Shown here one piece after another: positions 9,928 to 20,026 of a DNA stretch of 64,000 bases; position 1 is the first letter of the stretch; every line of letters begins with the position of its first letter. The stretch comes from an uncultured delta proteobacterium (lineage in GTDB: Bacteria; Myxococcota; Myxococcia; Myxococcales; Anaeromyxobacteraceae). Position numbers and translations under genes: made by a program. The notes under the pieces were generated by a model. The model was not told the origin of the DNA and searched no databases. It saw only the letters and a program-made list of their open reading frames with translations. The stretch spans positions 64,001 through 128,000 of the forward strand of contig CAWJSR010000055.1 in assembly GCA_963845515.1 (NCBI GenBank). Direction: 5' to 3'.

Positions 9928-11421
9928 ATGACGACGCCCTCACCCGCTGACGCCCTCGCAGTCGCGGAGCGCAGGCAGCTCACCGAGGAGATCCTCGGCT
10001 TCATCGAGGCGGGCGTCGACGTCGAGCGTGCCCGACTTCAACGCGCTACGCGCTCCGCCTGTTCGCGCTGCAGTACGGGACCAACGCGATCTTCCGCGAG
10101 TTCTGCGACGCGAAGAAGGTGCGGCCGTGGCGGACGTCGACGCGCTGGCAGGACGTCCCGATGGTCTACAACGACGTCTTCAAGACCCACCTCGTCGCCT
10201 CCTTCCCGCTCGAGCAGTCGGTGATGGGCTGCCTCACCGGCGGCACGACCAGCCTCACGCAGCGCGGGCGGATCTTCCGCGACGAGGACGGCAAGCGGCT
10301 CGTCTTCGCGGCCAACCGGATGATGACCGGCTCCTACCTGTTCCCGGACTTCGAGGAGGGGAGGCGCTGCCGGATCCTGATCCTCGCGCCCGAGCCCCGA
10401 GCTGGCGCCGTCGATGGGGATGGCCATCGGGATGGACCAGACGCGGCGGGCCTTCGGGACGCCGGACAGCCAGTTCCTGCTCGGGAAGTCCGGCATCGAC
10501 GTCGACGGCGCTGCTCAAGGCGCTGCGCGAGTCCGAGGCGAGCGGCGTCCCGGTCGCGCTCATCGGCGCGACCGTCGGCGTACGTCTACTTCTTCCAGGC
10601 CTGCCGCCGGAAGAAGATGGCGTTCCAGCTGCCGCCCGGCAGCCGCATCTGCGACGGCGGCGGCTACCGCGGCCGCTTCGGCGTGGTGACCCGCGACGAC
10701 TACTACGCCATGGTCGAGGAGATCCTCGGCATCCCGGAGACCCACTGCGTCAACGTGCTCGGCGAGGCGGAGACGGCGACCAACCTCTTCGACGACTCGC
10801 TGCGCCGCCACGTGAAGGGGCTGCCGCCGCGCAAGCGGACCCGGCCCGGTGCCGCCCTGGTCGCGCGTGCTCGCGATGAGCATCGACACGCTGAAGCCGC
10901 TCCCCGACGGCGAGGTCGGGCTGCTCGCGCACTGGGACCTGGCGAACGTCCCGACGGTGCTGGCCGTCATCACCGACAACCTCGGCTACACCACCGACGG
11001 CGGACGCGGCTGCGAGATGGTGGGGCGCGCCAAGCTCGAGAACGGCAAGGTCTCGCCGCTCCCCGACGAGAAGCCCATCGGCGCGATGGGCGACTCGGCG
11101 ATCTTCCGGATGCTCGAGACCTACGTGAACTTCTCGATCGACCTGAAGATGCGGATCGGCGAAGGACCCGAAGGTCGGCGCCGAGCATCCGCGAGGAGAT
11201 CGAGGCGCGCCCGGGCTCGCGTCGCCTCCTGCCCGCAGGTGGTGGACGAGATCCTGGTCTCGCAGGCCGACGAGGAGGCCGCGAGGCTGCGCGACGCGTC
11301 GCTCGAGGCCTTCAAGGACCAGACCGACCGGCCGCTGGAGTGGTTCAGGGCGCAGGCGGAGAAGCAGGCGCTGACGGACCATCCGGCGGGCCTGCAGTCG
11401 GAGAAGGCGGTCGAGGAGTGA
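9928..11421 (+). CDS. LuxE-like acyl-protein synthetase / ANL-fold ligase (multiple frameshifts)
   Basis: Stitching frames gives LFALQY..N..FREFC, TGGTTS, DGGGYRGR, VLGEAE, PPWSRV, GLLAHWDLAN, VITDNLG, typical of the LuxE family. Confidence 0.75.
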
Positions 11422-11464
11422 CGGGCCGGTCGGCCTCACGCGCTCTCCTGCTCCCGCTCCACCC

Positions 11465-11896
11465 TCACCCGACCAGCGGATTGCGCCAGCGGAGACCGGG
11501 GAAGCGCGCGAAGTCGGCGTCGTTCGAGTGGACCTCGCACTGGTGCTCGATCGCGAGGGCCGCGAGGTGAGCGTCCGTCGTGAGGTTCCCCGCCACGCCC
11601 ACGTCCCTGAGCAGACGACCTAGCACCTCCAGGTGCCGGGCTCCCGGATCCAGCGCCTCCACGTTCGCCCGGTCGAACCATGACTGGACGTGCGCCACGG
11701 CCCGCGCGGGCGCGAGGGGTGTCGAGAGGACCGCCGGGTGGGTCATGAGCCGGATGAAGCCGCAGGTCACCGCCCATGGCAGGCCTACGCCCTCCGAGCC
11801 GCTGAGCAGCCCCTCCCACCAGCGCCGCGCGGCGTCGTGATCGCGCGCGTCCCGGTTGTAGGCATAGACGAGCAGGTTGACGTCGGGGACGATCAC
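11465..11896 (-). CDS. vapC: PIN-domain toxin (VapC family)
   Basis: MIVPDVNLLVYA...DAHLAALAIEH...SNDADFARFPGLRWRNPL; GTG overlaps the antitoxin TGA. Confidence 0.92.
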   Translation of the reverse strand: MIVPDVNLLVYAYNRDARDHDAARRWWEGLLSGSEGVGLPWAVTCGFIRLMTHPAVLSTPLAPARAVAHVQSWFDRANVEALDPGARHLEVLGRLLRDVGVAGNLTTDAHLAALAIEHQCEVHSNDADFARFPGLRWRNPLVG

Positions 11897-12159
11897 CTGG
11901 GGGAGCCGGCCTTCCGGGAGAACTCCTCCGCCTCGAGCTGATCTGCGAGTTGGTTTAGCCTCCCCTGGTCGACGCCGGGGCGGAACCCGCCCGAGTGCGG
12001 CTCGACGACGAAGGGGCTCTGGGCCGCTGCCTTCTCCTGCGCCGCCAACCCGCGGCGCAGGACCTCGTCGAGCGTCGCCTTGAACGAGCGGCGTTTCAGG
12101 TGCGCCAGCTTCTTCAGCTTGGCCGCGACGTCGGCGTCGAGGGTGACCGTCGTCCGCAT
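11893..12159 (-). CDS. vapB: Ribbon-helix-helix antitoxin (VapB family)
   Basis: MRTTVTLDADV...SFKATLDEVLRRGL, directly upstream of and overlapping vapC. Confidence 0.88.
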   Translation of the reverse strand: MRTTVTLDADVAAKLKKLAHLKRRSFKATLDEVLRRGLAAQEKAAAQSPFVVEPHSGGFRPGVDQGRLNQLADQLEAEEFSRKAGSPR

Positions 12160-12163
12160 GAAG

Positions 12164-12194
12164 GCATCATGATGCGCACCAGTCATGCTGTCAA
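12164..12194 (-). promoter_or_regulatory. sigma70-type promoter with palindromic operator for vapBC
   Basis: TTGACA (12189-12194), 17 nt, CATGAT (12166-12171); perfect palindrome GCATCATGATGC at 12164-12175; ATG 7 nt after the -10. Confidence 0.7.
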
Positions 12195-13570
12195 GGTGAC
12201 GCCGACGGTGGCCCCTGCGCGAAGGGGCTCGCGCCGCTCAGCGGGAGCGCGCGCGCCTGCGCTGCCTCCCACTCCGCGCGCGCCTTGCCGTAGGCCACCT
12301 TCATCGGGAGCTGCGCCATCAGCGAGAACAGGTGCGTCTTCGGAAAGCCCGGCCCACGGGATGGCGCGCAGACGGTCGACGATGCGCCGGGCGCTGAAGA
12401 TCTCGCTGACGAGCTGGTGGTATTCGCGCTCGCGCCGCTCCGGGGTCGCCTCTGGGTCCGGGTGCTCGAACACGGCCCTGACGCCCGTGTAGGCCTCCCA
12501 CCCGAGCCCGGGGATCAGGTAGGGCCGGTATTCCTCGTAGAGCTCCGTGCCCGGTAGCGGCGTGGCCAGCACGGGGTGGATGCCGACGCGGAGCTCGTCC
12601 GCCAGCTCCAGGGTCCGCTTGAACGCCTCGAGCCCGTCCTCACGCGCGCCGAGCATCGTGAAGAGGACGACCTCGATCCCCTCGCCCCTGGATGCGCTTC
12701 ACCGCCTCGACGCGGTCCTTCCCCTGCTTCCCCTCCGCGCGGAAGCCCGCGAGCGTCTCCGCCGAGTCGGTCTCCCACCCGGCCCAGACCGAGTAGAGCC
12801 CGCTGCGGCGCGCGGCCTTCAGCACGCGCTCCCCCTCGGGTCCCTGGACGCTGCGCAGATCGCCGAAGCCGTACCAGGAGCGGCGCCTTCCCGCGGCGAT
12901 GGCGTCGAAGAGCGCGATGGCGCGGTCCGGATCGGCGCCCCAGATGTTGTCGTCGCCGTTGAACCAGATCGAGCCCGCCCGCGCCTCGATCTCCGCGGCG
13001 ACCTCGTCCACCGGCCGGTAGCGGATCTCGCTCCCGAAGAAGCGGCTGACCGTGCAGAACGAGCAGCTGGTACGGGCAGCCGCGCATCGTGAAGAACGCG
13101 CGGAAGTGGTACTGGCCGCGGAGCTTCGCGTCGATCGGCGTCGGGAGTCCGGCGAGCGGGAGCCGGACGCCGTCGTAGCGCGGCGCGGAGCCGCCCCGCC
13201 GACGCGTCGCGCAGCACCTCGCCCCAGACCGACTCGGCCTCGCCCACGACCACCGCGTCGGCGTGCAGCGCCGCCTCGTCCGGGAGCGCCGTCGCGTGGA
13301 TGCCGCCGAGCACCACCCGGATCCCACGCGCCCGGCAGCCGTCGGCGAACCGGTAGACCCACGGCGCCGTCGAGGTCCAGACGCTCATGCCGACGAGGTC
13401 GCCGCGGACGTCGTCCGGCGTGAAGCGGCGCCTGGTTCGCGTCCACGAGCTGGAGCTCGCGTCTCGGGCCGTTCGCGAAGCGTGAGCGCGCCGAGGTACT
13501 CCAGGATCGGCGGAACCATCGGCACGCGCCCGGAGAAGGGGAACTCGGGAGAGATCAGCGTGACCTTCAT
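12191..13570 (-). CDS. Cobalamin-dependent radical SAM enzyme, paralog group member 1 (frameshifted)
   Basis: MKVTLISPEFPFSGRVPMVPPILEYLGALT; GGIHATALP; GEAE; RGCPYxCSFC; GDDNIWG; GWE; HPVLATPLPGT; FPKTH. ATG overlaps the upstream TGA. Confidence 0.85.
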
Positions 13571-15876
13571 CCGTGCTCCAGTCCGCCGGGAGTCGCCCGC
13601 CTGCGCCGCACGAACGCGATCCAGCCCGCCAGCACCCCGAGCCCGAGCGCCGACGCCCACTGGCCGGCCCGCACCTCCGGGGGACGGTAGCGCATCTCAA
13701 GCACGTGGCGGCCCGCCGGCCACCGCACCGCCCGGACCAGCACGTCGGCTGGGAAGATCGGCACGCTCCAGCCGTCGATGGTGGCCTCCCACCCCGGCCA
13801 CCAGGCGTCCGCGATCACGAGCGTCGCGGGTGCGTCCGCCTCGGCCTCGACCCGGAGCGACTCGAGCCCGCGCTCGATCGAGAGCACGCGCCCCGACGCG
13901 GCGTCGAACCGGCTCGAAGCCTCCACCACTACCGCCTCGCTCTGCGCGACGAAGGCGTCGACCGTCTCGAGGAGGGCGGCCTGCTCGTCCCTGACGACGC
14001 GAACCACGGGGGGAAAGCTCGCCCACTCCCGGTGGGGCACTGACCATATCTCCTTGCCCGCGGCGGAGCCGACGCGCGTGGCCCCGCTCGTCGCGATGGC
14101 ATAGGAGGCGTGCTGCTCGGCCGAGAGAGGCCGATCCACCACCACGTGCGTCCCTGCGTAGCGCCTCGACGCCGCCGGCCACTGGGCTCCGAAGGCGTTC
14201 CGCAGGCGCGCCAACCGCCCGGGGGTCAGGGCCTCGTAGTCGCTGAGCGTGTCGAGCCGAGAGCGGACGTTGGAGGCAGGGTACCCGAGCGCCGCGTTGT
14301 CGCGCCCCGCCTGATCGGACCAATCCAAACCGGGATCCGTGGAGATCGGGTCCCTGGTGAATGGCGTCACGATCCGGGGACCCGGAGCCTTCGCGTCCAG
14401 CGCCGGGCCAGGCGAGCGGAGGCGCGCAGCCGGATCGCCCGAGCGGAGCGCCATCGGCGAGGCCGCCGCCACGGCGCCCCAGGCCAGGACGGCCAGTGCG
14501 GTCCTTCCCCGAGCGGCGCCGAACCGACCTCGAAGAAGGAGCCAGCCCCCCAGCGCAGCCACCGCACCCAGCACGTGCCAAGCGCCGCGCAGCACGCGCG
14601 CCTCTGCTAAGACCGCCACGTCCGGTGCTAGCCCTGAGGCTACCAGGAAGCAGACTCCAATGGACGCGAGCCCCAGCGACACGGCCGCGCCGAAGACCCG
14701 CCACCCCGCGACCCGCTGCTCGACGACCGCATCGAACCCGATCCCCGCGAGCACCGCCAGGACGAGCGTCAGGGGGCCGACCAACTTCTCCGAGTAACGG
14801 AAAGCGCTCCAGATCGGCACCCACCGGAGCAAGGCATCCGCACCGAGCGCCGGCCCCAGCGCAAGCCAGAGGAGCACGAGGCAGAGCGCCGCCAGGACCC
14901 TGCCTCGCCGCCCTTCACGAGCGCCGGCGATCGCGAGCACCACCGGCAAGAGGCCGACGAACACGCTCGCGGCGAACGGCGCCGGGTTGATGCCTGCCGG
15001 CCAGCGGCCCGGACCGGCGAGCCCCTCGTACACGCGGTCCAGCATGGGGTCAGAGCCGCGGAGGAGCCCCGGCACGATCAGCTCCGGGATGCGCCACGGC
15101 TCGAAGGCCCATACCTTCGGTGTCCGGATCCACGCCTCTGCAGCGCGGATGGTCCGGGGGAGATTGGCGGCCGACGGGAGGAGTTGAACGCCGGCAACGA
15201 GCAGGCCGACGGTCCCCGCGGCGACGGCGCGCATCGAGCCGCGCCAGCCGCCTGCCTCCCAGGCGAGCGCGAACGCCAGGACGCAGCCGACTATCAACGA
15301 TTGAGCGTCGCCAGAGAAGGCGAGCACGACCACGCCGCCGACACCGAAGGCGAGCATGGATGGTCGGTGATCGACCGCGACGCGGCGCAGCCCGGCCAGG
15401 CAGAACGGCAAGCTCCCTGCCCCGGCGAGGAAGACGAGGTTGTCGGCCATCGACAGCACGAACCCCGAGGTCGCGAACGCGACGGCGGCGACGGCCGCGC
15501 CGGCGCGAGAGGCCCCCAGATCGCGCGCCAGCAGTGCGGCACCGAGGCCGGCGCAGGTCACGTACCCCCCGATGAGGACGTCTGCGCTCCGGCCCGTCCT
15601 CAGCCACGCCGTGAGGATCGAGACGGGGTGCAGGACGCCATGGATGGCGTCAGCGAGGAACGGCATCCCGGCGCCCATGAACGGGTTCCAAAGGGGCAGG
15701 CGAAAGGCGCGAAGCGCCTCGTCTACGATCCAGCGCTGAGGCGCGTAGAGGGTCTGCGTGTCGAACCAGACGAGCGTTCGACCGGCCAGCCAGTGGACGG
15801 CCAGCGGCGCCAGCACGGCGCAGGCAACTAGTGCCGGGAATGTCACCCGGATGATCCGAACGCGCACGCGCTCCAT
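13567..15876 (-). CDS. YfhO-like multi-TM membrane protein (GT-C glycosyltransferase-like)
   Basis: LPLWNPFMGAGMPFLAD, FRYSEK, many TMs, C-terminal LVIADAWWPGWEATIDG...GRHVLEMRYRP; paralog of 48911-51219. Confidence 0.85.
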   Translation of the reverse strand: MERVRVRIIRVTFPALVACAVLAPLAVHWLAGRTLVWFDTQTLYAPQRWIVDEALRAFRLPLWNPFMGAGMPFLADAIHGVLHPVSILTAWLRTGRSADVLIGGYVTCAGLGAALLARDLGASRAGAAVAAVAFATSGFVLSMADNLVFLAGAGSLPFCLAGLRRVAVDHRPSMLAFGVGGVVVLAFSGDAQSLIVGCVLAFALAWEAGGWRGSMRAVAAGTVGLLVAGVQLLPSAANLPRTIRAAEAWIRTPKVWAFEPWRIPELIVPGLLRGSDPMLDRVYEGLAGPGRWPAGINPAPFAASVFVGLLPVVLAIAGAREGRRGRVLAALCLVLLWLALGPALGADALLRWVPIWSAFRYSEKLVGPLTLVLAVLAGIGFDAVVEQRVAGWRVFGAAVSLGLASIGVCFLVASGLAPDVAVLAEARVLRGAWHVLGAVAALGGWLLLRGRFGAARGRTALAVLAWGAVAAASPMALRSGDPAARLRSPGPALDAKAPGPRIVTPFTRDPISTDPGLDWSDQAGRDNAALGYPASNVRSRLDTLSDYEALTPGRLARLRNAFGAQWPAASRRYAGTHVVVDRPLSAEQHASYAIATSGATRVGSAAGKEIWSVPHREWASFPPVVRVVRDEQAALLETVDAFVAQSEAVVVEASSRFDAASGRVLSIERGLESLRVEAEADAPATLVIADAWWPGWEATIDGWSVPIFPADVLVRAVRWPAGRHVLEMRYRPPEVRAGQWASALGLGVLAGWIAFVRRRRATPGGLEHG

Positions 15877-15922
15877 GTCTCGCCACGATGGCCCGCGTCG
15901 ACGGCGGGCTGGAAGAGTTGAG

Positions 15923-16408
15923 CTACCGTGTGCCGGGGGGCGGCCTCGAGAACCCCCCGTCCACGTCGCGCAGCGCGACGCTACGTCGCCTGTTCACCAG
16001 CCCGTACTTCTCCGTCACCAGCGCGTCGCCGTCCACCCAGCAGGTGCCGTAGTTGGACTCCGCGACGTCGACGGCGACCGGCCTCCCGCGCCCGTCCCTG
16101 ATCACGGCCTCGACGAGCGCCATGTGCGCGCGCGACGCGAAGACCGCCAGGTCGCCCACCCGGACCTCGTCCGGCTGGATCCTCGTCGCCTGTGCCGCGC
16201 GCCCCTTCCCCAGGCGTCGTTCGACGTAGTCGGTGCAGAACCCGCCGCTCCGGAGCCAGCACCTCGTGTCGCCGACCGTGCAGCCCACCCGCTTCACCAC
16301 CTGGTTGACCACGCGGTTGGAGCAGACGGGGAGGTCCCCCGCGCTCCGCGCGTGCCCGCCGGATGCGGCTGTAGCGAGCGTCAGCGCCAGGGTCCAGGCT
16401 GCGCTCAT
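15923..16408 (-). CDS. Secreted CHAP-domain (Cys/His amidase-like) protein
   Basis: Signal peptide; GFCTDYV...GDLAVF...HMALVE...VAESNY pattern; ATG overlaps the upstream TGA. Confidence 0.65.
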   Translation of the reverse strand: MSAAWTLALTLATAASGGHARSAGDLPVCSNRVVNQVVKRVGCTVGDTRCWLRSGGFCTDYVERRLGKGRAAQATRIQPDEVRVGDLAVFASRAHMALVEAVIRDGRGRPVAVDVAESNYGTCWVDGDALVTEKYGLVNRRRSVALRDVDGGFSRPPPGTR

Positions 16409-17766
16409 GGCGCCTCGACCTTCCACGCGAGCTGCGGACCGTCCTTCACGCCGTAGGCCAGCCTGCCATCGTCCGCGAACCGCACCGGGAACACCTGCTC
16501 GTACTGGGCGTGCTCTCTGACGGTCCTCGCGTCCGTGTCGGCGACCACGACGAACCGCTTCCCGTCCTTCCGCGCGCGATAGGCGACGAAGCGCCCGTCG
16601 GGGCTGAACTGCGGCGACACCACGCGATCGTACGGAGGCCCTGCCTTCCCGTTCACGACGACGAACCAGGTCGCGCCACTCCGCGCGGCATGGGCGTTCG
16701 AGCGCCCGTCGGCGCTGTAGGTCAGACCTTCGGCCTCCTCATATCCGGCCTCGGTCTGCGCGGCCTCCGCGAAGAACTGCCGGAAGGCCGTCCCACCACC
16801 GGAGACGGCGAGCGCGCCCACCGCCTGGCCGCCGGGGCGGACGACGAGCGGGCCAGCGAGGTCGACAGAGAGCGGCTCCTCACGACCGTCCAGCACGACG
16901 AGGCGAGTCCCGGACCGCTCGGCGGTGTAGGCGACGCCGCGGCCGTCGGGTCCGAAGGCGAGGCCGTCCGCGGAGTCCACCGGCTGGCCCCGCGTGACCG
17001 CCCCGGGCGTGTCGAGGGCGGCGACGACCACGCGCCGCCGCGAGCCGCTGGCGGCGATGGCGGCCACCCTGGAGCGGCCAGGATCGAAGGTCACCTGGTA
17101 CACGGCTGGATCGACGACCGTCCGCGTCTTGAAGGCGAGGTCGCTGACGACGAGCCGGCCCGCCTCGTCCCGTTCGTCTACGTCCTCGACGAAGGCGAGC
17201 CTCGACGAGTCGGCGCTGAATCCATAGGTCCTCGCGTAGTGCGTCCGCGTCCCAGCGTTGGGCTTGCCGTCCAGCACGAGGTGCCACCGCTCCCCCTGCA
17301 TGGCCTGGTAGAGGACATGGGCGCCGTCCGGGCTGAACACCGGAAGCCTGACCGTGCTGAAGGCCGGTCCCTCCACGCCGTCCACGACCACGCGCCACTT
17401 CCCGTCGGCGAGCGCCCCGTAGGCGCAGCGCCGCCCGTCGGCGCTGAGGATCACGTCCCCCACGACCTCGTACCACTTGCCCGCGCGGCCGTTGTGGACG
17501 ACCTGCAGCTTGCCCTCCCGCTCCGAGACGAAGGCGACGCCCCCACCCCTCTCGCCGAAGATGAACTCGAGGAACCCGGCCGGCGAATTGGGGTGCGGGC
17601 CGCGCGCGGGCAGCGGGATCGACGGCGGCGCCGCGTCGGCGGGGATCGCCGCGAGGATCGTCGTCGCGTCTGACGCGGCGCTGGCCAGGGGAGGCGGAAC
17701 GGACTCCTTGCGGCAGCCCGCGACCGAGAGCAAGAGGCAGAGGGAGGCGGCGAGGGGCTTCGTCAT
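16405..17766 (-). CDS. Lipoprotein with TolB/WD40-like beta-propeller repeats
   Basis: Lipobox LSVAG-C; repeated FSPDG..xAYxA...G.WxVVxDG units. Confidence 0.8.
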   Translation of the reverse strand: MTKPLAASLCLLLSVAGCRKESVPPPLASAASDATTILAAIPADAAPPSIPLPARGPHPNSPAGFLEFIFGERGGGVAFVSEREGKLQVVHNGRAGKWYEVVGDVILSADGRRCAYGALADGKWRVVVDGVEGPAFSTVRLPVFSPDGAHVLYQAMQGERWHLVLDGKPNAGTRTHYARTYGFSADSSRLAFVEDVDERDEAGRLVVSDLAFKTRTVVDPAVYQVTFDPGRSRVAAIAASGSRRRVVVAALDTPGAVTRGQPVDSADGLAFGPDGRGVAYTAERSGTRLVVLDGREEPLSVDLAGPLVVRPGGQAVGALAVSGGGTAFRQFFAEAAQTEAGYEEAEGLTYSADGRSNAHAARSGATWFVVVNGKAGPPYDRVVSPQFSPDGRFVAYRARKDGKRFVVVADTDARTVREHAQYEQVFPVRFADDGRLAYGVKDGPQLAWKVEAP

Positions 17767-19122
17767 AGGGGACGATCGACGCGGAGGTGCTGCTTCTCGT
17801 GCACGCCGCGCTGGTTCGCCTTCCACTTCTCGAAGGCGATCGTCATCCCCTTGCGGACCGGGAGCTGGTTCGTGAGCGAGAGGATGTGGGCGTAGGGGAA
17901 GCCGCGACACCGGGACGTCGAGCATGTGCTTGAGGACGCGGCCGAGGCTCAGGAGCTCGAGCGACGTCTCGTAGAAGCGTCCGCTCGCGCACCTCGGGCG
18001 TCATGGCCGGGTCCGGGTGCTCGAAGAGCGCGTAGGCGCCGGTGTAGTACTCCCAGCCGAGGTCCTTGTAGATGTACGGCTCGTACTGCTGGCGCAGCTC
18101 GGTGCCGGGGTACGGGACGACGAGCGACGGGTGCATGCTGACGCCCAGCCGGTCGGCGACGTCGACGGCGCGCTGGTAGTCGTCGAGCGAGTCGGCGCGC
18201 GAGCCGAGCATGAAGAAGAGCGAGACGTCGATCCCGTGGTCCTTGAGCGTCTTGACGGCCCGCTCGCGGTCCACGCCCACCTTGCGGTCGGCGCCGTAGG
18301 CCGCGAGCGCCCCCTCGCCGATCGACTCCCACCCCACCCAGACGGTGAGCATCCCGCACTCGCGCGCCGCGTTCAGCATGCGCGAGCCCGTCGGGCGAGA
18401 GGACGGGCGCGAGGCTGCCGAAGCCCATCCACTTCTTCCTGCTCCCGCGGAGCGCGGTGAAGAGCTCGATGGCCCGGTCGATGCTTGCCGAGCCACCAGA
18501 TGTTCTCGTCGCCGTTGATGTACATGCTGCCCGGGATGGCGTCGACGTCGCGGACCACGTCGTCGATCGGCCGCATCCGGATCTTCGAGCCGAAGTACCT
18601 TGTTCACCGAGCAGAAGGAGCACTGGTACGGGCAGCCGCGGGCGGTGTTGACGATGCGGAAGTCGTGGCCGTGCTTCAGCATGCCGTAGAGCGGCGTCGG
18701 CAGGTCGTCGAGCGGCAGCCTGCTCGCCCCGGTAGAAGGGCTGGAGCGCGCCCGGCGCGGAAGTCCTTCAGCACCTGCGGCCAGACCGACTCGGCCTCGC
18801 CGATCACCACCGCGTCGGCGTGCTGCTTCGCCTCCTCGGGCAGTGCCGAGGCGTGCATGCCGCCGACGACCACCTTGATGCCGCGCGCGCGCAGCCCGTC
18901 CGCGATCCGGTAGCCGGGCACGGCCGTCGGCGTCAGCAGGCTGATCGCCGGCGAGGTCGCACTGGAGCGTGTCGAAGACGTCCGGCGTGGCGCTCGCGCT
19001 GTAGAGCTCGATCTCGATGGACGGATCGGCCTTGCGCGTGAGCGCCGCGAGGTACTCCAGGATGGGAGGGGCGACGGCGTCCAGCCGAATGGCAGCGGCG
19101 GCTTGATGATGCAGAGCTTCAA
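17763..19122 (-). CDS. Cobalamin-dependent radical SAM enzyme, paralog group member 2 (frameshifted)
   Basis: TTG start MKLCIIKPP; APPILEYLAALT; GGMHASALP; RGCPYQCSFC; GDENIW; GWES; HPSLVVPYPGT; GFPYAH; stop overlaps the lipoprotein ATG. Confidence 0.85.
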
Positions 19123-19155
19123 GGTGCGTCCAGTCTCCCCTCCCCTGCGCGCCCG

Positions 19156-19984
19156 CTAGTGCTCGATCCGGAAGCCGGAGTGGAACGTCTCCACGCTGAA
19201 CGGAATGCCCCAGTAGCTGACGATCATGACCGCGACGGCCACGAGCGAATATATGGCCAGCCGCCGACCGCGCCACCCGAACGTGATGCGCAGGTGCAGG
19301 TAGATGCCGTAGATCAGCCAGGAGATGAGCGACCAGACCTCAACGGGATCCCAGTTCCAGAAACGTTCCCTTGACCGTGTTCGGCCCAGAAGGCACCTGA
19401 GACGATCATCACGCCGTACATCGTGAAGCCCGCCACCACGAACCGGTAGCTCAGGTCGTCGAGCGCCACCGGCGCCGGCAGCATGTCGTAGAGGCCACCC
19501 TGCCCCCTCTCCTTGAGCAGGTACAGGAGCCCCAGCCCGGCGGCGATGAGCACCGAGCTGAAGCCGGCGCTCGCGCCCACGATGTGCACCCAGAGCCACC
19601 CGCTCTGCAGCGCCGGGACCAGCTCCGCCGCGGGTGCGGTCCGGATGCGTCCCCGCCCACCCGATCAGCACGAACGCCACGGGCATGACCAGCACGCCCA
19701 GCGGTCGGACCTTCGTCGTGGAGCCCTGCACCAGCAGGTAGAGCAGCACCGAGACCCCGACGCCGAGCGAGAGCGACTCGGCGATGGTGATGAACGGCGT
19801 CGCCCCGCCGACCCCCCAGCGAACGGCGATGCTCGCCACGTGGGGCACGAACCCCGCCCCGGCGGCGATCAGCCCGCCCAGCAGCAGCCTCTCGCCCCTT
19901 CGCGATGAACCCGAAGACGTAGGCGAACGCGCTCAGTCCGTATAGCCCCACCGCGCACCAGAACAGCACTTGCTCGGTCCTCAT
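19156..19984 (-). CDS. ccsA: System II cytochrome c synthase subunit CcsA/ResC (frameshifted)
   Basis: TM His residues, WWD domain FWNWDPVEVWSLISWLIYGIYLHLR, terminal FH. Confidence 0.88.
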
Positions 19985-20026
19985 CTGCCTCTCCCCGCGC
20001 GCCCTCCGCCGGCGGCGCGCCTCCAG

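Noticed and set aside
9928..11421. Bioluminescence (lux) operon
   Set aside because: No luxA/B/C/D; LuxE-like ligases are common outside luminous bacteria.
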